Assembly: GCA_030704615.1 (NCBI GenBank)
Contig: CM060731.1
Span: 50,344,001-50,408,000 of the forward strand
Length of the DNA stretch: 64,000 nucleotides
From: Takakia lepidozioides
Lineage: Eukaryota; Plantae; Bryophyta
Direction: 5' to 3'
Positions within the stretch are counted from its first letter, which is position 1; every line of letters begins with the position of its first letter. Under the pieces are notes generated by a model. It ran no database searches. It had not been told where the DNA came from and worked only from the letters and a program-made list of their open reading frames with translations. Below are positions 1 to 11,372 of this stretch, piece after piece. The position numbers and the translations under genes were made by a program.

Positions 1-675
1 CCAAGGGATGAGGGAAGATCAATGTGGGGAAAATGTATAGGCAAATGAAGTCTTACATGGTTCAAAATGTTTGGCCTCTGGATGGTAAAACAGGTCTTCT
101 TGTATGCTCAGAATATATCCGATCCACTCGCCAAGTGGTAGAAGAAATTTAATAATTTCTGAGAGACGGACCCAAAAGGAAAAATAATTAGAATTTCCTG
201 GAGGAGGGGCTGAAGCGAGCTGCTGAATATTTAGTTCTTTGGACCTCACTCCTCACCTTCTCCCTTGCAACAGAAGTATGGTGCCAACCTGTTGACAAAG
301 GAAAGGTTCGTCCTTCTGCCTTTCCTGTCATAGGTCTGATATAGATGGGCGTTTGTAATATATAAACTTGAACATTATTGATTATTCCACAAAGTGCTTC
401 ATTCGGAGATCTAAATCTCTGTAGAAAATGTTGTCATTTTCTAAAGCGAGAGTCTAATCCACACATACATGAACATCTTAAATTAAGTCCTTTAGGCACC
501 AGACAGGATTCATAGCAGCCTAGACTGCAAAGAGTCCGAACTAGAGACTTACCTGGATTAAAAAGATCGCCACGGATAGAGCACCCAGTGTTTTACGTGG
601 ATTCACATTCTTATCTTACTCTTATATACAGTTATCACTCGCTTCATCCCTCTCTCCCTCTCCACCACACAGGCC
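1..675. repeat. Diverged duplicate of the ABCC 5' upstream region (50468-51146), with its first ~300 bp inverted
   Basis: 1-302 is the reverse complement of 50468-50763 and 307-675 is a direct copy of 50765-51146 (shared e.g. attcggagatctaaa, cacggatagagcacccagt, tccaccacacaggcc). Confidence 0.9.
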
Positions 676-1066
676 TGTTGACCTGAATTCTTCTTAGAGC
701 TGGTGGTTGCACCAGAAGTCATAACTTCAGGATTTTCACAGGAGGAAAGACGATGAGTACTCTAGCATACAACTATGCTAATTATATAGAAACGGAGACA
801 AAGACAGGTTTCTGGAGAGAGAGACTTTATTCGAGAGAGAGATTGAAAGAGATTTATTCAATGGCCTGAAGTGCCTACTTAAATACACAAACCTCAACTT
901 TAGATATTTTTCTATTTGAAGTCCTAGTGCTATTCCTATCTGCACTCCTCTGCCTTTTCTCTGTCTATCGTGACATGAATAGCAAAAGTATCTAACAATA
1001 TCCAACTTGCTATTCAGGGAGCATTAGTTACACTAAAGTGAACAAACTCTCTAACACTCCCACTTT
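676..1066 (-). mobile_element. Copia-type 3' LTR (676-1056) plus polypurine tract
   Basis: Boundaries TGTTG(676)...TAACA(1056). The adjacent ctcccacttt reads AAAGTGGGAG|TGTTAG on the minus strand, a typical Copia PPT-LTR junction. It begins exactly where the duplicated segment ends. Confidence 0.7.
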
Positions 1067-1089
1067 GTGAATCTTCATTGTTCACATAA

Positions 1090-1420
1090 CCCGGCGTCGC
1101 AAAAGCATCACTAAGGGCGCCTCTGCGACGCTAAGGCGTCACAACAGCATCACCACAGTAGGAATTTTTTTTATTTTTTTTATTTTTTGGGCTTTGCGGC
1201 CCTCAACTTCACAAAAGCGTCGCCGAGGCGCCCAACGTTGCGACGCCAGGGGGTCGCCACAGAGGGTCGCAATGGTGTTGTAGTCAGCTTAGGTCATCAC
1301 AAGGACGTCGCTTGGGGCGCCTGGCGGTGGGGGGGTGCAACAACGGCGACGACGCTGGGGCTGGGGTTGGGGTTGGGCATTAAGGTTGTGGAGGTTGCAA
1401 CTCCCCGGCGTCACAAGAGA
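1090..1420. repeat. GC-rich GCGACGCC/CGTCGC repeat tract resembling CACTA subterminal repeats
   Basis: Many gcgacg/cgtcgc words in both orientations; similar to 21190-21460, which ends in a CACTA-like TIR. Confidence 0.4.
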
Positions 1421-1486
1421 GACCCCCTTAGAAGGAACTTGAAGGAACTTGAAGGAAATCTTTATATGTATGTATATATTCTAGCG

Positions 1487-1661
1487 GACAACCAGCATGT
1501 AGCCCAGTGGTAATGGGCACGTATCACATTGGATGTGGTTGTGGGTTCAAACCACGGTCTGGTGTGTCATGAAGATGTCCACCTTTCAGCTAGAAGGCAG
1601 TAGCCCTTGCGGTGAAGTGACACCATAAGTTACGCTCCCTTCGGGAGGCGCGTCATACTTT
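1487..1661 (+). mobile_element. tRNA-derived SINE with 12-bp TSD
   Basis: A-box TAGCCCAGTGG, B-box GGTTCAAACC, T-rich end; flanked by direct repeat TATATTCTAGCG at 1475-1486 and 1662-1673. Confidence 0.8.
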
Positions 1662-1820
1662 TATATTCTAGCGACGACCGAAGGTCGGAAGCTAGTTTAG
1701 CGTAGAGCAGGAATAGGGTGCCATAGTGCCACGTCATCGTTGCCACGTTTCGTAGACACGTCATCATCGTCGTCAATTTCTTTGGATCCTGCCCGAAATG
1801 CCGAAATCACCAAACTTGTC
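1662..1820 (+). mobile_element. Helitron/Helentron-like terminus
   Basis: CTAGCGACGAC overlapping the hairpin CGACC-GAA-GGTCG, then GAAGCTAG|T and a cgtc-rich microsatellite. The inverted copy GTCGTCGCTAG lies at 20820-20830. Confidence 0.45.
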
Positions 1821-2680
1821 CCTCACGCGCTACCGCTTCTTTCTCGCTCTTGGGCATTGTGTCAAATACTCGGGTGGCATCCGTCAAACCCTCACACCTG
1901 TAATACATGCTGACAAAGACAGTCCCCACATGGACATCCCCCTCAAGTCCAGCCTCAATGCACGCACATTTTGCATACATGTCCACCAAGGCAGTGTTGA
2001 GGATGACATCTGGTACAATTCCAGCTTTGACAATGTCACCATGGACCTCTTTCCCCTTTTCCAGAGCTCCCAGGCTTGCACACACATTGCAAACAAAAAC
2101 AAACGTTATGTGGTTGGGCTTCAACCCTCGCACATCATTTGCTCGTAGGTCTCCAAAGCCTCCATCTCGTGCATACATGTCCACCAGGGCAGTGTTGAGG
2201 ATGACATCTGGTACACTTCCAACTTTGACGATGTCACCATGGACCTCTTTCCCCTTTTCCAGAGCTCCCAGGCTTGCACACGTATTGCAAACAAAAACAA
2301 ACGTTATGTGGTTGGGCTTCACCCCTTCGCACATCATTTGCTCATAGGTCTCCAAAGCCTCCATCATGTGCATACAATTCCAACTTTGACGATGTCACCA
2401 TGGACCTCTTTCCCCTTTTCCAGAGCTCCCAGGCTTGCACACGCATTGCAAACAAAAACAAACTTTATGTGGTTGGGCTTCACCCCTTCGCACATCATTT
2501 GCTCATAGGTCTCCAAAGCCTCCATCCCGCACCCTTACTGTGCATAGCCTGCAATCATCGCACTCCACGACACCACATCTCGTTCAGCCATACTTTCGAG
2601 CACTCCCTTTGGATCCTCGATGCACGCACATTTGACGTACATTTCCACCAGGGCAGTGTTCAGAATCACATCTGGTAATC
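1807..2680 (-). pseudogene. PLS-class PPR pseudogene (3' part), with three near-identical tandem ~150-200 bp motif duplications
   Basis: Repeats of EALETYEQMMCEGVKPNHITFVFVCNxCASLGALEKGKEVHGDIVKxGxVPDVILNTALVDMY; frameshifts and deletions; no E or DYW domain. Confidence 0.9.
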
Positions 2681-2682
2681 TG

Positions 2683-3060
2683 ACAGGCATTCACTTTTTG
2701 CTTTGGTTGTCCCACCATTGACTGGGGTCAGAGAAGTATTCATTCCACAGCTTCTCCTCATCTCTGTTACCTGTTTTTTGATAGTTTCCTGTTGTCACAT
2801 TGGCAGTATCATGTCAAAGTCACTGCAAACTATATTCACTCAACCAGCTAACTCGCAGAATTCAACATGGAAATTTAGGGCCGATTTTGATTAGAGGGAA
2901 AAACAGGGCGAAATGTGTTGAAGAAGGTGCCTTCATGAAGCCTTAACCCCATGGGAACTCTGGAAATCTTCATATTTGAAAAATGGGGTACATTAGATGT
3001 GTTAATATTTTTACTAGAATGCAGAGCCTCGGGCACCTGACTATCAGTGGGAACAGTCAC
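2683..3060 (-). pseudogene. Partial OSB-type PDF module (linker exon plus first PDF exon) embedded among PPR fragments
   Basis: Minus strand reads ...HEGTFFNTFRPVFPSNQNRP, a GTTAG..CAG intron, then RDEEKLWNEYFSDPSQWWDNQSKK; homologous to the 17.2-17.5 and 61-62 kb units. Confidence 0.8.
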
Positions 3061-3119
3061 TACAAAACTACTAAGTTAATGCCCGCAGCAGTTGAACACC
3101 ATACAAATTGAGCAACTTA

Positions 3120-3607
3120 GGATAATGTGAGTGTGCACCTGCTTTCCAGCTTCCAGACTTCCATCTTGATGCACTTAAGCAAGAGACAGACATACGCATC
3201 TCAATCTGCTGAAATGCCTCCTTGGGTTTAAAGTCTGTAGAGCCTATGTCAGTCTACCTACTGGGTATTGTCCAGAATCACATCTGGTACAATTCCAGCT
3301 TTGGCGATGCAACCATGCACCTCTTTGCCTTTTTCAGGGCTTCCACCTGCTTGCACATGCACTGCAAACACACACAAACGTGATGTGGTCAGGCTTCACC
3401 CCTTCCCCCATCATTTGCTCAGAGGTCTCCAAAGCCTCTATCCCGCGCCTCTGATGTGCATACCCTGCAAGCATCGCGTTCCACGACACCACATCTCGTT
3501 CAGCCATAGTGTTGAACACTCCTTTCGCATCCTCAATGCTCCCACATTTGGCATACATGTCCACCAGTGCAGTGTTCAGTGTTCCCTGCTCCTTCAGCTC
3601 CCGCGCC
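3120..3607 (-). pseudogene. PLS PPR fragments left of the CACTA insertion
   Basis: DMYAKCGSIEDAKGVFNTMAERDVVSWNAMLAGYAHQRRGIEALET...; 3120-3260 duplicates the PPR N-terminal segment at 16660-16800. Confidence 0.85.
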
Positions 3608-4624
3608 CACTAGAAGAAAAACGCAAAATAACCACTCTGTTAACCACTCACTTTGAGTAGTAAAAAGACACTAAACCACTCTGGCCCCAGAGTGATGAAG
3701 AACCAGTGCATTAGGACAAGTGAGTGGTAAAAGACATTACGTGGCACCGGTGGTTAAGGACAGTGGTTCGAACCACTCACGTCCGGGTCCACCTGTTAGC
3801 TGACGTGTCACAGTGGTAAATTAACCACTGTGACATGTCAATGACGTGTCACTGAGGTAAACCAACCACTTATGACGTGTCACAGTGGTAAACTAACGTG
3901 TCATAGTGGTAAAGTAACCACTTCCATTTTGTAGTGGAGACGTGTAAGCCGGTGGTCCGTGGATGAGAGTGAAACATTCAATGACTTCCGAAACCACTTG
4001 TTGAGTGACCACAAAATGACTCATAGAGTCATTATATGAAAACTGAGAATATACAATATCACTCACAGAGTGGTTATGTGAGTGGATGACATCTCTCAGC
4101 AGGTCATTGGAATGACTACCCACAGAGTGGTGTGTAAGCTATTTGAGTCATTCATGGTGTCTCTCTGAGTGGGAACTATGGATTGGAGTCATTACTAACA
4201 GAGTGGTGTGTAAGTGATTAGGAATACCACTGGAGGAATTCATACCACTAATACAGAAATATATATGTGACTACTTATACCACTATACAAGTGGTATAAT
4301 GTAGGCAATTGTGTGCATTTGGCTACTCCCACAGTTTTAAATTATACCACTATTACAGTGATGTGCAAGTGATTATGAACATGACTAGAGGAACACATAC
4401 CACTAGTGTAGTGTTTAAAGAAGTACCATTGGGGATTCAAGCTCCACAAAATAGAATAGAATCCTAGAGAGTTAAGTGTTGGAACATTGTCAACAAAATC
4501 CAGCCATGATAAAAGCACTAAGCCTAACTTGTACACGGCGTCTCCGCATGCATGCTAAGAACACTGAACTGCTTTCATGCCTTCTTCTCACTGCCAGCAA
4601 TGTCTATGCCCGGGCGAACGAAAT

Positions 4625-7482
4625 CTAAGCCCTCTTCATGTTCTTCTCTGGCCAAAGACAATTCAGACCAACGACATCCTCCAACATTGTTTGCGGTGGG
4701 ACCTCTTCCTCGTTATGGTGAGGCAAGACACAATTGGCAATATAGATATCATTTACCTCAACCCGCCACAATCCCTCAGGTATAACACGACAGTGATATG
4801 TATCTTTGCCAGGCACACCAGTGACAATTCCACTGGCAGCCCTGTGTCGTGGTAAATGAGGATCATACAGGCTGATTTTGTCCTTCAACTTAAACTACAC
4901 ACAGCACCCACCATAAAACCCACATTAATCAACCCATGAAGACATACATGTACATTGAAAACTAGATAATGAGGACCGCCCAGTATAAGCAATCACTGTA
5001 GAGTACTTTTGGTAGCATAAGAATATCTGCCACTGTGGCAGGGGGTTGATATTTGGGGGTTGCCTTTGAAGGCGCAGCAGTTGGTGCACTGTCAGTGGCA
5101 GTATCAAGAGCGGCTTTCTCAGCCTGCACACATCACGCCCAACACCCCTTAGCAGTTTCATTTAGCAATGCATCTACTAATAGTTTGAAGTACCCAACAT
5201 GTAAATGGCCACATTGTACAGAACTGATAGCCAACAGGTGCATGCATGCTCACCTCTAGTACGGAAACTGCTGCATGGAGAGGTGCCTCCTGAAGGCCCA
5301 CCTGACTCTTACTCCCGCTAGAACTTGGTGTTATGTCACCATTTGCATCAGTCAAGGACTTTGTGCCTTTGGCAGCAGTGGCTCTGGTCACACGCTCTCC
5401 TTTTCGCATGTACTTCTTCTCAGCTCCCTTCACGATGGCTGGGGCAGGGTCCTCTGCTTTAGTCCCCTTCTACATGCCAACAAAACAACAAGGTATAGTA
5501 CATGAGTACGTCTTACCATACCTGATGCATAGAATTCATGGCACACACCAATAAATAGATCATTCATGAAATGTTTTCAGAGTCAAAAACAGAAAGCCCA
5601 AGGACATGAACCAAGACAAAGTCTTTGAGGGCGTACCTCTTTCTGTGGGGAAGTTGGCTTCACATGCTGATTTGCCAACCCCCTACTGTCACCCTTACCA
5701 GCACTCTCGGTGGAGCAGACGTCCTCACCAGCAGCCAATATTGCTGTCCCGCCAACTCCACCTCCCTTCTTAAGTGGCAATTTATCAAGAATTCCCTTGC
5801 GCCCCAATTTTACTTGGGTCACCACAAGGTCCTCAATGGTAGACGACTTTGGCTTTTCCCCAACCTCAAGAGGTTCTCCCTGCACCCAAGCAAAACATAC
5901 CAGAGCAGTAAACTTCAAAGTCAACTAACACTGAATGGATGACAACCACAAAAATAAGTTGGGGTGAAGGTGCACAAACCACCTTCTCCGTAGCAGTCTT
6001 GCCTCCCAAGCCTACGTCGGAATTGCAAGGTTCAATAACAGTACATATTGGGATAGTAGTTGGAGGAGGGGCGGTTGCTGACATTCCCAACATCATTGCC
6101 ATCAATGCATCCAGTTTTTTGCTATTGTCCGCAGAAGCCTTAGCAACTTCTGCTTTTATAGTGGCCAATTCGCCCTCAATCGTCGGGATCTGAACGTCTG
6201 CCAAGGCAAGCACATTGCCCTCAAGGGACGACAGTCGAGACTACATCGCATTGCCCCCTCCCTATACATCCAAAGAAAGACATATAATCAGCCCGCATGG
6301 CCTGGCTACTGCTCTAGCAAAATGAATGCAACAAAAAAAAAAATACCCACATGCCATTTACCTGTGCACCTCCAATTGACTGGGAGCCTAAACCCTTGTC
6401 CGCCTTCGTTGTGTGTGCCAGCTCAGTGATGCTTGGACTTTGTGCTCTCTCTTTCTTCTGCAAGGGCCACAACAAAAAAAAATTAGCCCTTATTCATCCA
6501 AACAAATGGGGCGTTTACAGAGGCATGACTGTAGTGACAGTTTGCAACTACCTCACAGGGCAGAGATGGTATCCTACTCCATCACATACATGTGTATATA
6601 TGTACATACATATAGATGTATACATATACTAAAATGTGGTGGGTTGGTAACATTGGATCGTGCTCTTTTCATGTTCTCACTTTCTTTCTTCCCCTTGGGG
6701 GAATCCCAGTACTTCACCAATGCATCCCAATGGCAGGACTTTACACTCGGAGGGCATGGACCTCCAGCCAACCACACCAAGCTTTAACTTTTGGCGGTGT
6801 ACTTTTATAATCCTCCCACATGCTTTCTGGAACTTGTCAACGCTCATAAGTTTAGGATAGTACTCAAAATCCGCGTCCATGGATTCCTTAACCTTGGCCA
6901 TGTCACTGGGTTCCTGCTTGTCTGCTAGCAAAATGCTAGGATCAAGATATCTGATGCAGAGTCCCCGCAAGGAGCTCTGCCAGTAATCCTTCCCCTCACA
7001 CCCATGGTCTACTTCCCCTTAGAGTTTAGTTGTACCTTGTGCGGCTTCAGCCCAACAGATTTGCGGGCTTTCGCATCAGTTTCATGTTCCTTTGCAGCCA
7101 GTCTTTTTTGTCTTTTTTGTCTTTTTTTGTTTGCAGCCTGCGACGCCACATCCCCTTGCTGTGTGGAATCTTGATCATCACCAGCAGGGGGGGGGAATGG
7201 AGGAGCAGCACCATTAAAAGGGGGGCCTGCCCACTGCCCACCAGCGGCGTTGCATGGAGGGCCCCAAGTTTGGACACCTCCTTGTACCCAAGCTCCTTGG
7301 GGTCCTCCATTGGACCCACTTGGAATCCATGACCACGTGTTCGTCGTCTGTGGAGGGGCTATGGGCTGCTGCCAGGTAGGTGCTCCTTGCTGCAGCCATG
7401 TTTGCCCACCTCTGGATTGCACCCATGGGCCATTCGGGCCTTGTTGCACCCATGTCGTAGGTGGACCAGTAGCATTCGCCAC
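4625..7482 (-). pseudogene. TnpA-like (Ptta/En-Spm Transposase_24-type) accessory gene of the CACTA element; multi-exon, disrupted
   Basis: HWDALVKYWDSPKGKKESENMKRARSNVTNPPHF motif (~6630-6730); C-terminal TNP1-like segment AASGIVTG..HCRVIPEGLWRVEV..LP..TMLEDVVGLNCLWP (4625-4888); Q/G/P/W-rich N-terminal region; stops and frameshifts. Confidence 0.7.
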
Positions 7483-8309
7483 AGCCTCAGTCCCCCCTTC
7501 CTTTGCGCGCTTTGATGCAGCCTAACACAAGCCCCTCCACCCCACAAAGTTAGCAATGATGGAAAATAAGGCCAACTGGGCAACGAGCAAGGTCGGCAGT
7601 TCGTGAACGCATACAAACCTTGGCCCAACGTGCCAAGAAAAGTTTGGCATCCAATGGCGTGAATGCATGGAATGTCATGCTCTGGCGCCCTAGCAATGTC
7701 CCACATCCATTCAATATTAAAACCCTAACACATGTTCTAACCCTTTGAAATTTAATCCAGCAGTCAAGCCATACATAGTCCAACTCGTAAGCCATTCATC
7801 TTTCTAACAAAGTTTCCAGGTCATTCACATTTAGGAAAGAACCAAGGTTTGATATATAACATTTACCACCATATATGCAGATTGTAAACTCATCACAAAA
7901 GCTGATTGCAGATCTGGAGATAAATCTCCGGAACCAGGCTCAAAGCATTCAGGTTCGAAATGAAACAATCAACCACTCATGCTAAGTTCACAAGCCAATC
8001 ATAGTAGTAATAGGCTTGGTTATATAAACCAATCACCATCTCAGTCACTGTAAGCATATACATTTCATGAGCCATTCTCCAGCCTCTCCCTCACTCTCAG
8101 TCCAGCCCCACACACTCCCTTCTCCATCAGTTCATCACTCCAAAGATCATTCCTCCGCCATACACCCTAGCCTCTTACTCACTTAGATTTACCCTAAACC
8201 TTGCTCGGTTCTGCCTCTACCTCTGCTTTAAGCAAAACCCTACCCTAAACCCTACACATCATGAAAATGCTCAATTGCTTCCACAATCTGAGAGGAACTA
8301 AGGGTGAGA

Positions 8310-9831
8310 TTGTACTCATAAGACGTTGTTTGCCGTAGCCTTGTGGCCATTGACCCCGCGCCCAGTTTGAGCGGGAACAAAAGGAACAGAACCTACCTCT
8401 GTCAGGGGCTGATGTTGGTAGTAAAACTTACCTTCATATAAAGAATTAATCCGGGTTTTCCAGATATCCTCTAGAAATTCCTTCACACAAGCATCAATCT
8501 GTTGTGTGTGATTTGCCCAAAAACTAGGCCTGGGCTTTTGGCTCAGCCTCGAGACTTTCAAAGTTGGTAAACAGGGGTACAGGCACAATTCCCTTGATAG
8601 AATTGAAGAGAGCGTCTCTTTGGTGAGAGAACCCCGGACAGTGTATCACAAAATGAATATTGTCTTCAGATTGCCCACACAACGGACAATTGCACTCTCC
8701 CTTTCCTCTCTGCTTCTGTTAGTTGTTCAAAGGTAGGCTTCCTGCCCTGAGTTTGAATTTCAGTCTATTGCCGAGAGTGGGTAGACCTTGAGGTCATCCA
8801 AGATGTCGTCCCCCATGTCACTGACTGGAAACAAGTTCAGGGAAGTTTTCTGCCTAACTTCATTTTCATCAGACAATCTCATGGCAACAAACATGGCTTT
8901 GGACACTACAGCCTCTAAGTCAGATTTATCTAGCAGGGTCAAGACTTGGGGATCCAGGTCCAGGTCCTTGAGAATCTCTGCTACTCTCTTCTACCAAGAC
9001 TTAGCCCGTTTGACAGGGCGGTCCTGTTTCCAAGATATAGAGTCGATTAACTTAGGATATCTGGTCTTGGGCATTTGTTGTAGCTGACCCCACCATCTGA
9101 CCTTGAATTCATGTCGTCGGGAGCTTAAGGACGGAATGCCAAACTCACCCCGAACAGCCACATTGGCTGTTTTGGAGCATGCTGACATACACTCCTTAAG
9201 CACCCCCACTTGAATGGATTCTACAGACTTAGCCTGGTTGGAGTTATCAACCATATAGCAGATTCGTACTTCCATGCAGGTCTAATAACGCGACAAAGCA
9301 TGGTTTTCTAAACCTCAGAGTTGACCCCTCTGCAGTGGAAAAATTTTGTGAGCCCCAGACCTTTGCCTTTGCCAGTTTGAACAACTTTCCGGATATGTGC
9401 ATCCCAATTACAATTGGAGGAAGACTGAATGCCCAAGTAAGTGTAGGGTTTAGGGTGGACCGGGATCTCTTGGGTATCCCACTGCCACTTAAGATCACTT
9501 CATCCCTCTCCTCTGTCGTTGAATGCTACCACTGCACATTTGCTGACATTAGCCTCTAGCCCCCAAAGATCAAAGTATCTCTTCGCGCAATCAATCAACT
9601 CCTGGAGATTGGTTGGAGTCTCTCCTATGCCTGCGAAGTCATCCGCAAACATAAGGGCTGGTATGGTGGTATCACCCACCCTTAACCCTAAATCCCTCAC
9701 TTTCCACATCCTCGAGGAGTTGATTGATGGAAACATTGAAGAGCAGAGGGGAGAGAGTACATCCTTGAGCTACACCTTGGTCTATGTCAAAGAAGTTGGA
9801 CTTCTGTCTGTTAACAGTGACACAGCTATGT
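8310..9831 (-). mobile_element. 5'-truncated LINE (RT plus C-terminal zinc knuckle) nested in the CACTA element
   Basis: RT motifs GVAQGCTLSPLLFNV and MFADDF; 15-bp TSD GAACTAAGGGTGAGA at 8295-8309 and 9832-9846; no polyA, ends ...CTTATGAGTACA. Confidence 0.93.
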
Positions 9832-10630
9832 GAACTAAGGGTGAGAGAGGGAGAGAGATAGAGACAGAGACAGAAGGGGTCTTAGGGATCCCACCGCCAG
9901 CTTGTTACCCTCCTTGGTTGGGGTGGATGTCCTTAAGGGCCGCTTGGAAGGAGTCATGCGAACAACAATCTTCTCAGCACTCTGGTCTTCCTCCTTGTCC
10001 GTGCTCTTGCTCTCTGCTGAGTAGTCAGCACTGGGAGTCGCTCCACTATCCTCCCCCGGGTTGGTCTCCAAGTCGTTGGACTCCTTCTCCGCCACCCCAT
10101 GTGAACATGACTCCTCTCCCTCAAACGAGTACTCCTTCGCATTAGGCCGTTCCACACATAGCGGGCAGTACGCAGGGGTCTTTCTTTCTCTCTACTCTCC
10201 CACAATTGCCCGGGTCACTCACAACAAAACGCCCTCACAAGCCCAGGAAGCTCAAAAAGCGAAGCACACACACTTAGTACGCTCGCGTGAGAGACATGAG
10301 GTTGTCCAAGTGCCAGGTTGCATCCGACGGTCCACGTCCATCCAATGGCGGAGATGGGATGTGGACACGTTGTTTTTTTTTTAAAAACAAATTAGGGTAC
10401 ATATTAAACACTACACTAGTGTCCATAACCACTACATCCTGCTGACATGGCAGTCTTCTAGGGGCTCTTGGGACCTCAACTACCTTTCATGAAACAGACG
10501 TAAGTCTGGCATGGAAGCAACGCAGGGGAGGCCATCTCTCGGCTCAGGTGCTGCGATCGCATTGCAAGTGCAGGGAAGGAGGGAAGGAATCATCGCATGA
10601 ACACTATTCGAGCAGGGAAACAACTTCGAC

Positions 10631-10855
10631 TTACAGTGCAGTGCCCTTGGAGCTCCAATCCAAAAACCAAGCTTTGTTTTCAGCTACCCTGATAGCACGA
10701 TACCGTTCATATTCCACCATCCCTTCGCATTCTCCTGGGGTAAGTGACTCCTCTTCTCCTCCACTTTCGCTCTCTGCTGAACCAGGTGCTCTTGCCAAAT
10801 CGCCTCCAGTGCCATCGTCGTTCAAATGTTTTGGGTTGCGTTCACTCTTTGCCAT
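10631..10855 (-). other. Short acidic ORF with EYERYRAIRVAEN motif; possible first exon of the minus-strand CACTA gene
   Basis: YE..R..R..EN coiled motif commonly seen in CACTA accessory ORFs; head-to-head with the TnpD start at 11373. Confidence 0.4.
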
Positions 10856-11372
10856 AGAACCTGCACTCTCCTTCAGCAAAATTGAAAAGAGACTGAGCCT
10901 AACTAAACCCTACAAGTGCACATTCAGATTGAGCGATGGAGGAGGCTGTAGATATAAGCACATGACAACAGACGGGCTAACGGCTTCGTGCTAACTACAA
11001 ATGCATATGATGGGTTGGGCTATTGCTCACAACCTTCAAGACATCCTATCTTAAAGCACTATAGCTTGTACCTAGAAGTAGGGTCTGCTAGGTCACCACG
11101 TAGTGATTCAATCCACTCTGAATATTACTAAGAAGGTGGTTTGTAGATGACAAGAGGCAACTTTTTCCATTTTCTACACTGTCAGAGTCATACTCACTTT
11201 TTTTGTAGTTCTAAAGTTGAAATATGAGGTGTGAAACAACCACTCAGAAAGTGGTACCTTACAACTCTATGAGTAGAGATGTACAGTAGATTGTTGAAAT
11301 TTTTGCTTTTTAGGGACTTGGTATATTAATCTTGATTCTCCCCTCATACCAGGAAAGGAATTCCTTAGCATC

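Noticed and set aside
1487-1565. tRNA gene
   Set aside because: A and B boxes are present but there is no convincing cloverleaf; the TSD and 3' body indicate a SINE. The 22700 copy is likewise a SINE (body and A-tail, no clear TSD).
1798-2678. Plus-strand ORFs over the PPR repeats, and similar ORFs antisense to ABCC and transposase exons
   Set aside because: Antisense shadows of the real coding strand.
9847-10350. Acidic ORF 9835-10155 as ORF1 of the adjacent LINE
   Set aside because: It lies outside the 15-bp TSD that bounds the LINE and has no recognisable domain; left unassigned.
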